A DNA stretch of 64,000 nucleotides from Eledone cirrhosa. Taxonomy: Eukaryota. The DNA lies in the NCBI GenBank assembly GCA_964016885.1, contig OZ024742.1:247132001-247196000 (forward strand), written 5' to 3'. The translations under genes and the position numbers were made by a program. Shown here in pieces: positions 24,461-38,510 of the stretch (within the stretch, counting starts at the first letter, position 1; each line of letters begins with the position of its first letter). The notes under the pieces were generated by a model. That model worked only from the letters and a program-made list of their open reading frames with translations, was not told the DNA's origin and made no database searches.

Positions 24461-25966
24461 TATCTGGCCCGTCCGGTTGGCGCCCGGCTAGTATACCTGC
24501 CCCCACCACTCCACTGAAAAGATACCACACACCCTCCCATGTCACATTGTCCTTCCGACTTCGTAGCAAAGGGGAGGATCTACCGTATAAATAGGCCAAC
24601 TGTTCCCATCACGTGTGCTTGGAGCATGCCTGTGCGTGTATACGCAGCGTGTGTATGTACTACCCAGTGGGTGTACATGTGCAGAGGCACAGACAAACCG
24701 ACAATTCGGTCTGACAACTGTGTACTGGCTGTAGTCTTGGTTAAAAATTTCAAGTCTGCAGAAAGCCGTTAAAGAACAGATTGCGGTAACAATTGTAAAA
24801 ATGGCCGTTGTTCGTTCCCTGTTGAATTTATCCGGACACATTATGATATCCGATACCTATCCAGGTATTACGAATGACTTCCGGTGTGATTTTGACCCAT
24901 GCAATTGCGACCCATAGGGTTAATAAAATGGTGAATCCGTTGCAAGGTCTGTCAATCCATGTACAGCCGTAATGAAAATTCCACATTACAAAAATACAAA
25001 ACTTACATTGTTAGAGCCTCAGAGTGTGAAGAGAGTGAAGAGAGACAGAGAGTAAAGCAGTTAAATTATAGAGAGGATGAAAGAGGGAGTGAGAGAGAGA
25101 GAGAAGACGCTCAGCTTTTTAACATTTGAGAGTGAAGAGCAACAGAGAGAGTAAATAAGTTAAATTATAGAGAGGGGGAATGATCTATTATAGAGAGAGG
25201 GAAGAGCGACAGAGAGAGAGAGAGGGAGAGAGAGACGACGCTGTATATATATATATATATACACACCTATGTGTATATATATATATATATATATATTGAC
25301 ACAAACACACACACACACACACCCTCATACACACAGTCAGGCACACATGCACACACACACACACACACACAGACACAAACAGATACACACTCACTCACAC
25401 AAACACACATATATATATATATATATTTCCACATATCATACAATTATCTTGCGGCTGTATCAAAAACTCCTTCGGGATGAAATAAACTAATTACTGGTAG
25501 TTATTGTGTACTTGATATTTACTGTATAGTAAGTGAACATAGGTTGTTAACTGGTGTTAAATGAGTACTCGGGATCCATTGGTAAATACTTAACATCACG
25601 TATATATTGGTAAAGGAATTGTTCCAGTGGTGTACTGATAAAGATTAAGTATCAGTGCTATATTGATGGCAGAAAATCACTTGTAATATATAGTGATAAA
25701 TAGGAGAATAGTTACTTGAATAACTATACAAAAGCTACGAAGAAAATGCAAAAGATAAGAAACACTTATTTCAATAATAAAGTTAGAACTGTTGTATTGA
25801 TTTGGTTTTCATGGGGAGTTGGAAGAACCATCAGAAGTGAAATAAATACATAGATATATTGATGAAATTTAAAAGGGATTATATATACACACACAAACAC
25901 ACACAAACACACACAAACACACACACACAGAAACACACAGAAACACACAGAAACACACACACACAG

Positions 25967-26037
<71 letters not shown>

Positions 26038-26066
26038 TGTAAGTATATATAAGTATATATATATAG

Positions 26067-26107
<41 letters not shown>

Positions 26108-26237
26108 AACGAGTAGGACCCCGACGGCTGAGCTGAAGCCGTTTCGACGGCTAATTGTGGACTCAAGTCCAGAATTAGACGTCGAAACGGCACACACACA
26201 AACACATATATATATATATACATATAAGTATATATAA

Positions 26238-26301
<64 letters not shown>

Positions 26302-26306
<5 letters not shown>

Positions 26307-26425
26307 AACGAGTAGGACCCCGACGGCTGAGCTCAAGCCGTTTCGACGGCTAATTCTAGACTCAAGTCCAGAACTAGCCGTCGAAACGGCTTGAGCTCAG
26401 CCGTCGGGGTCCTACTCGTTCCTAT
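26302..26425. repeat. 124-bp near-perfect palindrome built from the 3' half of a hammerhead; partial copy at 26103-26190
   Basis: Arms of ~60 bp around GAC-TCAA-GTC; each arm reads GAAA-CGGCT-TGAGCTC-AGCCG-TC-GGGG outward from the axis. Confidence 0.85.
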
Positions 26426-26748
26426 TACCCACTCTACTACCCTAAGTATTGAGTACATTGGTGCGTTATGGTCCACCTGGTTCCTTACCAGATTTCCTTC
26501 GTTATATATATATATATATACGTTTAAATATCCAATTATATATATATATATATTTGTGTAATAATATTGCCAGAATTAATAACAGAACACACTCATTATT
26601 TGGTTGGTTTTCGCTTCTGTATCTTTTATATCAGTTTGTTATTAATTCTGGCAATATTATTAGACAAATATGACCCTCCCCAAGTATAACAATATTTGTT
26701 TCGACACACGATTTCATATAAAAAACCTCGCCAAACTAATTCATCGCC

Positions 26749-26939
26749 GTTATCGGTGGATTGGCAGTATCGGTAGAGGGTCGGAAGCCATGCTTTAACG
26801 CATACAGTTATAGCCCATTCCATTCTGAGTTCAAATCCCGCCAAGTTTAACTTTGCCTTTCATCCTTACGGGGTCGATAAAATAAAGTACCAGTAATGTA
26901 CTTCGTTATTTGCTGGCCTTGTGCCAAAAGTAGAAACAG

Positions 26940-26941
<2 letters not shown>
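26749..26941 (+). mobile_element. tRNA-derived SINE (octopus-type)
   Basis: A-box-like TGGCAGTATCGG, B-box GAGTTCAAATCCC, core CTTTGCCTTTCATCCTTACGGGGTCGATAAAATAAAGTACCAG, tail GCTGGCCTTGTGCCAAAAGTAGAAAC; second copy at 28413. Confidence 0.85.
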
Positions 26942-26972
<31 letters not shown>

Positions 26973-26978
<6 letters not shown>

Positions 26979-29549
26979 TTAGTTAAGCAAAACAAGAGCA
27001 CACATTTCACAAGGAAGACATTATTAAAAGGTTGTCAACATATTTTAGTTTGATGTAAGTAATGTAGAGAATAATAATAATAATATTAATAATAATAATG
27101 CCGTTTACAATTGTTACAATACTCCGTATAATATTTCTGGATCAAATGATTATATATCATTATTGATCTGGTTCAGTTGAAAATAATTAACAAAGGTAAA
27201 GATAGAGCAGCTCATCGGAACTTCAAAAGTAATATAAAATAAAATAAGGCAAAGAAAGTTACATAAATGTAATGTTCCATATATTGGTATTTCACTATGG
27301 CGTCCTGGGTATATCAATTGTCTGCTATAGTCGAGCAGTATTCTTCTGTCGAGGCTGCATTGTGTTAGATCTGCCTATGGGTAACAAGATGGCCGCCAAT
27401 GGACATATTTACCTTACAAATTAGAGGGGGGTTTCAGGGGAAGTAACTCCTCGAGAGATTAGGAATTGTGGGTAGTTTATAGTTAAGTGCTAATTTTTTA
27501 ATTTTTTAATTGGGAGATAATTATCTAAGTTAGTTATAGTTATTTAACTTATTAGTTACAAGTAAAAATGGGGCTAGGTAACTATGTTGGGTCAAATATT
27601 CTGTTGGCGAAGGAATTAGCCATTCGATGTTGACAGCTAATAGTTACCTCCGTTCTATCGTTAATCGGTAGAGGTCGTGATAGAGTTATGTAATATACTT
27701 CGGTAAGAAAGAGGTCACAAGAATTTCTTCGTCCAATGAACGGTTGGGCCTTAGCCAAGATATCCCATGTTAGTGAGTGTTCCATGTTGGTTAATTTAAG
27801 GTTTTTAATGAGCCTAGCTAGAGATGTCGAACATTTGTTGTTAGTGTCTCGGAAGGAAAAGGGTTAGAGGTAGACCCTATATAGGAGCTGGTATGCGAAG
27901 CAGTTTTAACCGTGCACCTATAGACTATGTTGGGTGTCAAGTAATGTCCATTTAGTGGGCATGCATTAGGTTACCGGCAGTTGCTGTTACTTCTGCGGTT
28001 AGTGAGAGTAGGGTTTTAACCTAAGCGGTTGGTCAGTGCTAGAAGGATTAGATGGGGGAGATGTGCTACTAGAGTAAGTATTGGTGTAGTGGCGTGGTGT
28101 ATTTGAGGGGGGTGGTGTCACCGCGGTGTGGGAGTTATACTGTCTTAGTTTATGATGGTTACTGAATGCGATGTCGCTAGCTAGGTGAGGTGTTGTTGAG
28201 AATGAGATTTTAATTTTATTTTTATTAAAGAGTTTGTAATATCGATGGATGGGGGGGGGGGGGGGGGTTTAGATAGGATAGAGAAGAAGCGTTTAGGGAT
28301 ATTAGTGGCTAGATTAGATGAGAATGGGTGGTTAAGCCAGGTGATATTTCTAGGCCTATTCCTTCTAGGGGTTCTAGTGGAGTTGGTAGGGGCCTTCATA
28401 AGGTTATTATTACGGTGGATTGGCAGTATTGGTAGAGGGTTGGATGCCCTGCTTTGACGTATAGAGTTACGGCCCTTGCCATTCTGAGTTCAAATCCCGC
28501 CGAGGTTAAATTTGCCTATCATCCTTACGGGGTCGATAAAATAAAGTACCAGTAATACACTGGGTAATTGCTGGCCTTGTACCTAACGTAGAAACAATTA
28601 TTACCTGGGCATTTGTTATTTGTCATCCCATTGCTCATTCCTATTCTCGGGTTGATTTTTAGTTTGCTACTTGGAGTGGGAAGCAGGCCACTGCCACCAT
28701 TAAGGTTCCCTGTATAAGTGCTGTTACTGCGAAAATTCCGGCGAATCTGGCTATATGCTAAGGTATTTCTAGTTCTAGTCTTAAGTTTATTATGGTTGTG
28801 GTGAATTGCTATGTTATGGCATTTAGCTATGTAGTAAATGGACTGTTCATAACCAGATTCAGAAAGAGCCTTGTTATAATATGCTGCATGGTTTATAAAT
28901 ATCTCCTCATTTGCTGATAGCATGGAGATCCTATACGAGATACATTTGATTACTGCTCTTATGACTGCCGGTGGGTGGTTAGAGTGTGGGCTAATATATG
29001 TAAGTATTTCACCTGGTTTATGGTAAGGGTAATATAGGTTATTGTTAAGATCCAGGGTAACGTCTAGGAAGTTTACTACTTTATGGTTCGGCTCCATGGG
29101 GATAGAGAGACGGTTATTTTTAAAGAATCTATGTAATTGCTTTTTGAGCAAGTCAATGCCTCCATTAGTGCAATTGTGGACTGCAAATAGGGCGTTGTAC
29201 CTGTATATTCCGCCTTGCAAGGGTTGGATTTCGGCTCTGATGTTATGTAATAGGTAAATTCCAACTAAATCGGTGATTTGCGCAGTCACTTGAGTCCATC
29301 GTGATGTCAGAGTTGTCTGTTCTGTCTTTTCTAGTCCAAAGTGCTCCGTTGAATTCAATGATGGTCTGTCTAGCCATAAGTATGATGTCAATCTCATTAT
29401 TGGTTATGTCAGAGTTGGTGGTGGCTAGGGTTAATGCTTTGTTGAGCAGTTCCGGGGTTATTGAAGCGTAATAGCTGTTAATGTCAAATTGGATGGACCT
29501 CATAGATTCGTTGGACCTTAGATCGGAGAACCATCTAATGACTTGGCCA
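26973..29549 (-). mobile_element. Naiad-type Penelope-like element 1, left (inverted) arm
   Basis: RT remnants IQFDINSYYASITP, AQITDLVGIYLL, GGIYR, VVNFLDVTLDL, SNHPP and GIY-YIG end; reverse complement of 29912-31985. Confidence 0.88.
28413..28596 (+). mobile_element. tRNA-derived SINE inserted into the left arm of Penelope element 1
   Basis: Same family as 26749; flanked by ATTATTA duplication (28406-28412 / 28597-28603); empty site visible in the right arm at ~30520. Confidence 0.9.
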
Positions 29550-31985
29550 TCTTATGTTATGTCTGACTAAACTAAAAATCTATACACCATGTCTCCTGAA
29601 ACTTACAACTCTTTCCTTCTTAAGGAACTTAATAAAAACTATAAAAAACTATACCCGCCAATGTAAACTTACTTAACCGAAAAGCCCAGGCTTTGGTTAA
29701 GGACTTGCATCTGGATAGATTTACCCACCCTTATGTACCAATAACCCCAAGGTTTTCTCTCAAGGATCATAAGCCAAACTTTATAGAGAACCCATCTATT
29801 AGACATATATGCCCAAACACATCCGAATTGGAACGTATCAGTAAGAACATCCTTGATAGGATCATCCCTGGGCTACGAGATGATATCACCTACAAATTGT
29901 GGTCAAACACCGGCCAAGTCATTAGATAGTTCTCCGATCTAAGGTCCAAGAAATCTATGAGGTCCATCCAATTTGACATTGACAGTTATTACGCTTCAAT
30001 AACCCCGGAACTGCTCAACAAACATTAACCCTAGCCACCACCAACTCTGACATAACCAATAATGAGATTGATATCATACTTATGGCTAGGCAGATCATCA
30101 TTGAATTCAACGGAGCACTTTGGACTAAAAAAGACAGAACAGACAACTTTGACATCCCGATGGGCTCAAGTGACTCTGCGCAAATCACCGATTTAGTTAG
30201 AATTTACCTATTACATAACATCAGAGCCGAAATCCAACCCTTGCAAGGCGGAATATAAAGGGACGAGGCCCTATTTGAAGTCCACAATTGCACTAATCGA
30301 GGCATTGACTTGCTCAAAAAACAATTACATAGATTCTTTAAAAATAACGTCTCTCTATCACCATCGAGCCGAACCATAAAGTAGTAATTTTAGCAGTAAC
30401 AGCACTTATACAGGGAACCTTAATGGTGGCAGTGGCCTGCTTCCCACTCCAAGTAGCAAACTAAAAATCAACCCGAGAATAGGAATGAGCAATGGGATGA
30501 CAAATAACAAATGCCCAGGTAATAATAACCCTATGAAAGCCCCTACCAACTCCACTAGAACCCCTAGAAGGAATAGGCCTAAAAATATCACCTGGCTTAA
30601 CCACCCATTCTCATCTAATCTCGCCACTAATATCCCTAAACGCGTCTTCTCTATCCTATCTAAACATTTCCCCCAACCATAGATATTACAAACTCTTTAA
30701 TAAAAATAACATTAAAATCTCATTCTCCACAACACCTAACCTAGCTAGCCACAACGCATTCAGTAACCATCATAAACTAAGACAGTATAACTCCCACACC
30801 GCGTTACCCCCCCCCCCCCATCAAATACACCACGCCACTACACCAATACTTACTCTAGTAGCACACCTCCCCCATCTAATCCTTCTAGCACTGACCAACC
30901 GCTTAGGTTAAACAACCCTACCCTCACTAACCGCAGAAGTAACTGCAACTGCGGGTACCCTAATGCATGCCAACTAAATGGACATTACCTGATACCCAAC
31001 ATAGTCTATAGGTGCACGGTTAAAACTGCTTCGCATACCAGCTCCTATATCGGGTCTACCTCTAACCCTTTTAAGGTACGCTATAACGCTTACTCTTTTT
31101 TCTTTCGAGACCCTAACAAGGGATGTTCGACAAAGCCTTAAATTAACCAACATTGAACACTCACTAACATGGGATATGTTGGCTAGGGCCCAACCGTTCA
31201 ATGGACGAAGAAAATCTTGTGACCCCTGTCTTACCGAAGCATATTACATAACTCTATCACGACCTCTACCGATTAACGATAGAACGGAGGTAACTATTAG
31301 CTGTCAACATCGAAGGGCTAATTCCTTCGCCAACAGAATATTTGACCCACCATAGTCATCTAGCCCCATTTTTACTTGTAGCTAATAAGTTAAATAATTA
31401 TAGCTAACTTAGATAATTATAAGTTACCTCCCTTACATTGTCTCTCAATAAAAAAATAAAAAAATTAGCACTTAACTATAAACTACCCACAATTTCTAAT
31501 CTCTCGAGGAGTTACTTCCCCTGAAATCCCCCTCTAATTAGTAAGGTAAATATGTCCATTGGTGGCCATCTTGTTACCCATAGGCAGATCTAACACAATG
31601 CAGCCTCGACAGAAGAATACTGCTCGACTATGGCAGACAAAATTGATATACCTAGGACTCCATAGTGAAATACCAATATATGGAACATTACATTTATGTA
31701 ACTTTCTTTCCTTATTTTATTTTATATTCCTTTTGAAGTTCCGATGAGCTGCTCTATCTTTACCTTTGTTAATTATTTTTAACTGAACCAGATCAATAAT
31801 GATATATAATCATTTGATCCAGAAATATTATATGGAGAAGCGAAACAATTGTAAACGGAGATTATTATTATTAATATTATTATTATATTCTCTACATACT
31901 TACATAAAACTAAAATATGTTGACAACCTTCTAATAATGTCTTCCTTGTGAAATTTGTGGTCTTGTTTTGCTTAAATAATGAATA
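29550..31985 (+). mobile_element. Naiad-type Penelope-like element 1, right arm with 3' pLTR
   Basis: FSLKDHKPNF, IPMGSSDSAQITDLV, NITWLNHPFS, CNC..NIVYR..SYIGST..FKVRY; stop at ~31355; pLTR with HHR; internal deletion at ~30390. Confidence 0.88.
31738..31856 (+). ncRNA. Type I hammerhead-like motif (U4C) with 94-nt stem II domain; damaged copy at 27103-27222 (-)
   Basis: GTT-CCGATGA-GCTGCTCT...GGAGAAGC-GAAA-CAATTG-TA-AAC; palindromic minimal stem III. Confidence 0.65.
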
Positions 31986-32154
31986 TTACCAGCTCTGTGC
32001 ACCTAACCTCTGCATTAACCCAGCCACCTAGCTGCTTTCCACTGCATATTGCACATGCCTTTACGCTTTGGCTTCTAACTAATTCACCAATCTCTCCTCT
32101 CCTATCTCCATTTCTCTCTTTAAGATTGGTTATCTTGAACTGTGTGTATATATA

Positions 32155-32208
<54 letters not shown>

Positions 32209-32411
32209 CATTGATATGCATCTGTATGTATATATATGTTACTAGATATGAATTCTTTATTATTATCTCCAAATTATTTGTCGAGCAATATTGGCCATGA
32301 CTGCTGCTACGGTTGTAGGCAGGCCGCTGTCTTATTAGCAAACCACTTTCCACTGATTGTTTAATAAGTTTTCAGTGTCCTCGCTTTGCCTGGAAACTTA
32401 CATGAGAATAG

Positions 32412-32494
32412 ACTTTCCTGACGACGGAATGCTTCTCTGTATTATTCTTCGGGAAATATATTTACTCCATTCCAGAAACTAATTAGTTGGAAGT
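32412..32494 (+). ncRNA. Type I hammerhead ribozyme motif
   Basis: ACTTTC-CTGACGA-C-GGAATG...CATTCC-A-GAAA-CTAATTAG-TT-GGAAGT; 6-bp stem I, 6-bp stem II, palindromic stem III. Confidence 0.8.
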
Positions 32495-32542
32495 GGTATT
32501 TTAGTAAGTAAGTTAATTTTATAATTTTCTTATTTTACATCT

Positions 32543-33143
<601 letters not shown>

Positions 33144-33250
33144 ATAATAATAAATTTGAAGACTAAAATCCAAAGAGGGCTTGATAAGGATAAATATATA
33201 TCAAATATATAAGAACCATAGAGCAAATATTTATTAAAATAACAGATTAA

Positions 33251-33301
33251 AGTTTAAGCAAAGAATCGCTGCTTTCACCCTTAACGGGATCTTCTGAAAC
33301 T
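33251..33301 (-). ncRNA. Type I hammerhead motif with one core mutation (U4A)
   Basis: AGTTT-CAGAAGA-T-CCC-GTTAA-GGG-T-GAAA-GCA...TGC-TT-AAACT. Confidence 0.7.
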
Positions 33302-33685
33302 AACATGCTAGTGTGTGTGTGGAGGTAGAGAAGGGGAGAGAGGGTGGAGGGTCCAGCAAAATACGCAGAGTCCAGGAGGGGATAGTGAAAGTTAAGGTGT
33401 GTCTGTATGTGTGGAGGTGAATCTGTGTGTGTGTGTGTGTGTGGATGTAAGTATGTGTGTCGGAAAAGAAGCGAGTGAATGTGAACGTTTTTTCTGAAAA
33501 GGCATGTGTGTGTGTGTTGGAGTGGTGTATATGTATGTGGATGTATATGTTCCTGCGTGGATGTTTGTGTGTATATATGTGTGTGTGTGTGGATGGAAGA
33601 CTCGTGATGTGTCGAATCCGGAGGCGATGTAGGGTGAAGTGTGAGTGTATGTGTAGATGTGCGTGTGTGTGTGTGTGTGATTGTA

Positions 33686-33721
<36 letters not shown>

Positions 33722-33779
33722 TATGTGTGTGTGTGCGGATGTAAATATTTGTGGTTGAACAGAAGTAAATGTGTGAGGA

Positions 33780-33880
33780 TGTGTGTGCGTGTATGCCCGT
33801 ACCCAGATAACTTCTACAGTTTGCAACCGATTTTCTTCAAATTTGGAAGAAACATGCGTTATGTTGCCAGAGTTTTGTGG
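33780..33880 (+). mobile_element. Possible Helitron/Helentron non-autonomous element fragment
   Basis: (GT)n followed by GATAACTTC...CAACCGATTTTCTTCAAATTTGG resembles the core of Helentron-associated interspersed elements; no termini found. Confidence 0.35.
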
Positions 33881-34586
33881 ACTCCGAGATTTATATATAG
33901 TAAAGCGGAACGAACACAGATATATAACTATATATGCTCAAATCACATGGGACAGAAAGATACTGATTAAAATAGTAGGGTTCACAGAACTCAACCAAAA
34001 GGATAAATTGAGATATATAAACCTACCACAACAATTATTTTGTATCCAGACAGCTTACGGGTAGAACTGTTTCGTAAAATTCAGGAAAGAGATTTACGGG
34101 TGCGATGCTTTTCAACGGATACTCGACCAGTAAACTCCTCACTACTAAATTTCTCAGGAGACTAAATAACACATGTGTGTTAAGAGAGAAAGCACATGGT
34201 TACCACGTGCCGGGCGGATCGAATAGAACGTAAGGCTACGGGAAAAATAGCAGCCAGGTCCATCCGATATATTAAAAGCTCTACAAAAGCAAAGGAGCCA
34301 AATTGATCAAAAGTATATATTGAGTTAAAAACTCATAATAGTCTCTTATAATTAAAATAGCCCAAGGAAAAAAATTTCCGAGCCGCATAATACATTATAG
34401 AGAGACGAACACAGATATATAACTATATGTGTTCAAATCACAGGAGACAGAAACTCCAGGGGAAAGAAAATATTGACCAAGATAGTATGTGATTTGAACC
34501 GATATAGTTATATATCCGTGTTCATTTCTCTATACTGTTTTATAATATTATAACAATATTATAACAATATGAACCTCCCCAAAGCT

Positions 34587-34662
<76 letters not shown>

Positions 34663-34802
34663 TAAGGATACTATTTATGGTTATGTATATACTAAAACTT
34701 TTTATAATTATATATATTTTAAACCCTAAACAGTGAAGGTCAGTAATTTATTACTAACTTATTGCCAGTAAGAGATCAATTATGTGTACAAACATTTAAA
34801 AA

Positions 34803-34849
34803 TGCTCCGAAGTATCCAAGCCTAGGTTTGGATGAAACGATTGTAAGTG
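34803..34849 (+). ncRNA. Degenerate hammerhead motif followed by AATAAA
   Basis: TGCT-CCGAAGT-ATCCAAGC-CTAG-GTTTGGAT-GAAA-CGATTG-TA-AGTG; two core mismatches. Confidence 0.55.
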
Positions 34850-34886
34850 AATAAAGTAAATGCTTTGAACATAGCTTTGATTCTTG

Positions 34887-35063
<177 letters not shown>

Positions 35064-35090
35064 TTATATATATATATATATATATGTATA

Positions 35091-35192
35091 TATAGAAGAG
35101 CTTCTACAGGATTAGAACTGTTTCATTCTTGAGAAATCATCAGGCAGCCATCACGAATGAAACAGTTCTAGTCCTGTAGAAGTTCTTCTATA
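35091..35192. repeat. Fold-back palindrome (38-bp arms) containing a minus-strand hammerhead (35099-35149); degenerate relative at 36143-36232 (-)
   Basis: Minus strand GGCTGC-CTGATGA-T-TTC-TCAA-GAA-T-GAAA-CAG-TTCTAATC-CTG-TA-GAAGCT; the right arm repeats only the GAAA..GTA half. Confidence 0.8.
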
Positions 35193-35412
35193 TTAAAACT
35201 TTTATACTCTGCTATGTATTGAGTACTTTACTTACTGTGGTTACCTCCGATTCAACCTGGAATAACTTATATATATATATGGATGCAATTGCCCGCCGTA
35301 AGCAACTAATCACATTCTTTCTAACTTGACCACTGCCACGTCACGATTCTTAGCAATTTTTAAATCTATTTTTGGCGCGATCGCATTGGAAAATTAACTG
35401 TCCGACTGAATT

Positions 35413-35494
35413 TGTCTCCTGATGAGTCTGTTACTCTAGGTTAATCCTTAACAGTAGGATATCTAAAAATACGGACGAAACCATGGTAGAGATG
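35413..35494 (+). ncRNA. Canonical-core type I hammerhead ribozyme
   Basis: TGTCTC-CTGATGA-GTCTGT...ACGGAC-GAAA-CCATGG-TA-GAGATG; predicted cleavage after 35488; palindromic stem III ACCATGGT. Confidence 0.88.
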
Positions 35495-35773
35495 TAATTA
35501 CGGTATGTACACGTTTCTTCTACGTTTAAATTTACACCTAATTGTGTATGGTTGACGGTATATTAAGTCAGTTCCTACATGCTGTTGAAATGTTGGGTAA
35601 ATACTCTATTGGAGTCACCGCGAATAGGCCGCTTTCGGTTATTTATCAAATATTTCTTCATAGGAGCCTTTATTCTTATAGCCTGGTCTAAATCATTTTT
35701 TATATGGTTAATTATGCTAATTGGGAGAGGAAATGGTATATATTTTATCTAATAATTCTAAGGACATGATTTA

Positions 35774-35846
<73 letters not shown>

Positions 35847-35912
35847 AATATATATATATATGTATATAAATATATATATATATATATATATACGTATATA
35901 AATATATATACG

Positions 35913-35970
<58 letters not shown>

Positions 35971-36231
35971 GGAGGGGGGAGTTCGGGACCCAGAGAGTAG
36001 TAGAGTGGATAATACGAAAATTTCAAGTACTCTGGTGAGTAATGGTGTAACTAGTTTTTACCGCCTACCTTTTGATATTATATATATATATATATATAAA
36101 AGTTTATCCAGATGCAATAGGGGGCCAACCACAGTAAGTCATGTACTTAATACATAGCAGAGTATAAATATTTAATATAGAAATGGCTTTCACAGGACTA
36201 GAACACTTTCATTCGGGAGAAATAATCAGGA

Positions 36232-37173
<942 letters not shown>

Positions 37174-37233
37174 ATATCGGTTTCAACACACGTTTTCAGA
37201 TAAAGAATCTTGCTAAACAAATTCAGGAACGAA

Positions 37234-38510
37234 ATATATATATATATATGTATATATAATGTATTTTGCAATACACTTTATGCTTAATTAAAAGCATTTT
37301 GAAGACCGTAAGCTATTGTTTAAAGTAGTGACAAATTCACTCACTTTGATCTCAGCAAACAGGGGAGATAAGCCGACAAGACTTGTTTCGCTTTGGTTGA
37401 AGCTTATCAAGGCCAACTACCCCACCTGCTTACTGAGATCATTGATGTTATATTCTTATAGAAATCTAGTAAATAATCAGGAGCTGATTTTGCAGAGCGG
37501 TTGTTGGTCAGGCAGAAATTAAAAATTAGAATTGGAGCTCTGAAATAGCAATATATATATGGATGTATATATAATGTATTTTGCAATACACTTTATGCTT
37601 AATTAAAAGCATTTTGAAGACCGTAAGCTATTGTTTTAAAGTAGTGACAAATTCACTCACTTTGATCTCAGCAAACAGGGGAGATAAGCCGACAAGACTT
37701 GTTTCGCTTTGGTTGAAGCTTATCAAGGCCAACTACCCCACCTGCTTACTGAGATCATTGATGTTATATTCTTATAGAAATCTAGTAAATAATCAGGAGC
37801 TGATTATGCAGAGCGGTTGTGGGTCAGGCAGAAATTAAAAATTAGAATTGGATCTCTGAAATAGCAATATATATATATATGTATATATAATGTATTTTGC
37901 AATACACTTTATGCTTAATTAAAAGCATTTTGAAGACCGTAAGCTATTGTTTTAAAGTAGTGACAAATTCACTCACTTTGATCTCAGCAAACAGGGGGAG
38001 ATAAGCCGACAAGACTTGTTTCGCTTTGGTTGAAGCTTATCAAGGCCAACTACCCCACCTGCTTACTGAGATCATTGATGTTATATTCTTATAGAAATCT
38101 AGTAAATAATCAGGAGCTGATTATGCAGAGCGGTTGTGGGTCAGGCAGAAATTAAAAATTAGAATTGGATCTCTGAAATAGCAATATATATATATATGTA
38201 TATATAATGTATTTTGCAATACACTTTATGCTTAATTAAAAGCATTTTGAAGACCGTAAGCTATTGTTTTAAAGTAGTGACAAATTCACTCACTTTGATC
38301 TCAGCAAACAGGGGGAGATAAGCCGACAAGACTTGTTTCGCTTTGGTTGAAGCTTATCAAGGCCAACTACCCCACCTGCTTACTGAGATCATTGATGTTA
38401 TATTCTTATAGAAATCTAGTAAATAATCAGGAGCTGATTATGCAGAGCGGTTGTTGGTCAGGCAGAAATTAAAAATTAGAATTGGAGCTCTGAAATAGCA
38501 ATATATATAT
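37234..38510 (-). repeat. Tandem array of four near-identical 316-317 bp units, each with a hammerhead (retrozyme-like or tandem pLTR)
   Basis: HHR starts recur at 37371, 37687, 38004 and 38321; units differ by only a few bases. Confidence 0.95.
37348..37440 (-). ncRNA. U3-A8 variant type I hammerhead with extended stem I (core repeated at 37687-37730, 38004-38047, 38321-38364)
   Basis: GGCC-TTGATAA-GCTT-CAACCA-AAGC-GAAA-CAAGTCTTG-TC-GGCT, closed distally by CAGG/CCTG and GATCTCAG/CTGAGATC. Confidence 0.85.

Noticed and set aside
24460-24925. GC-richer island ending in GGGTTAA (possible piggyBac-like end)
   Set aside because: No matching TTAACCC left end or coding remnant found; cannot be classified.
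26103-26425. Repeated palindromic units as a CRISPR array or MITE
   Set aside because: Only two copies separated by microsatellite in eukaryotic DNA, no spacers or cas genes; better explained as an inverted hammerhead/pLTR fragment.
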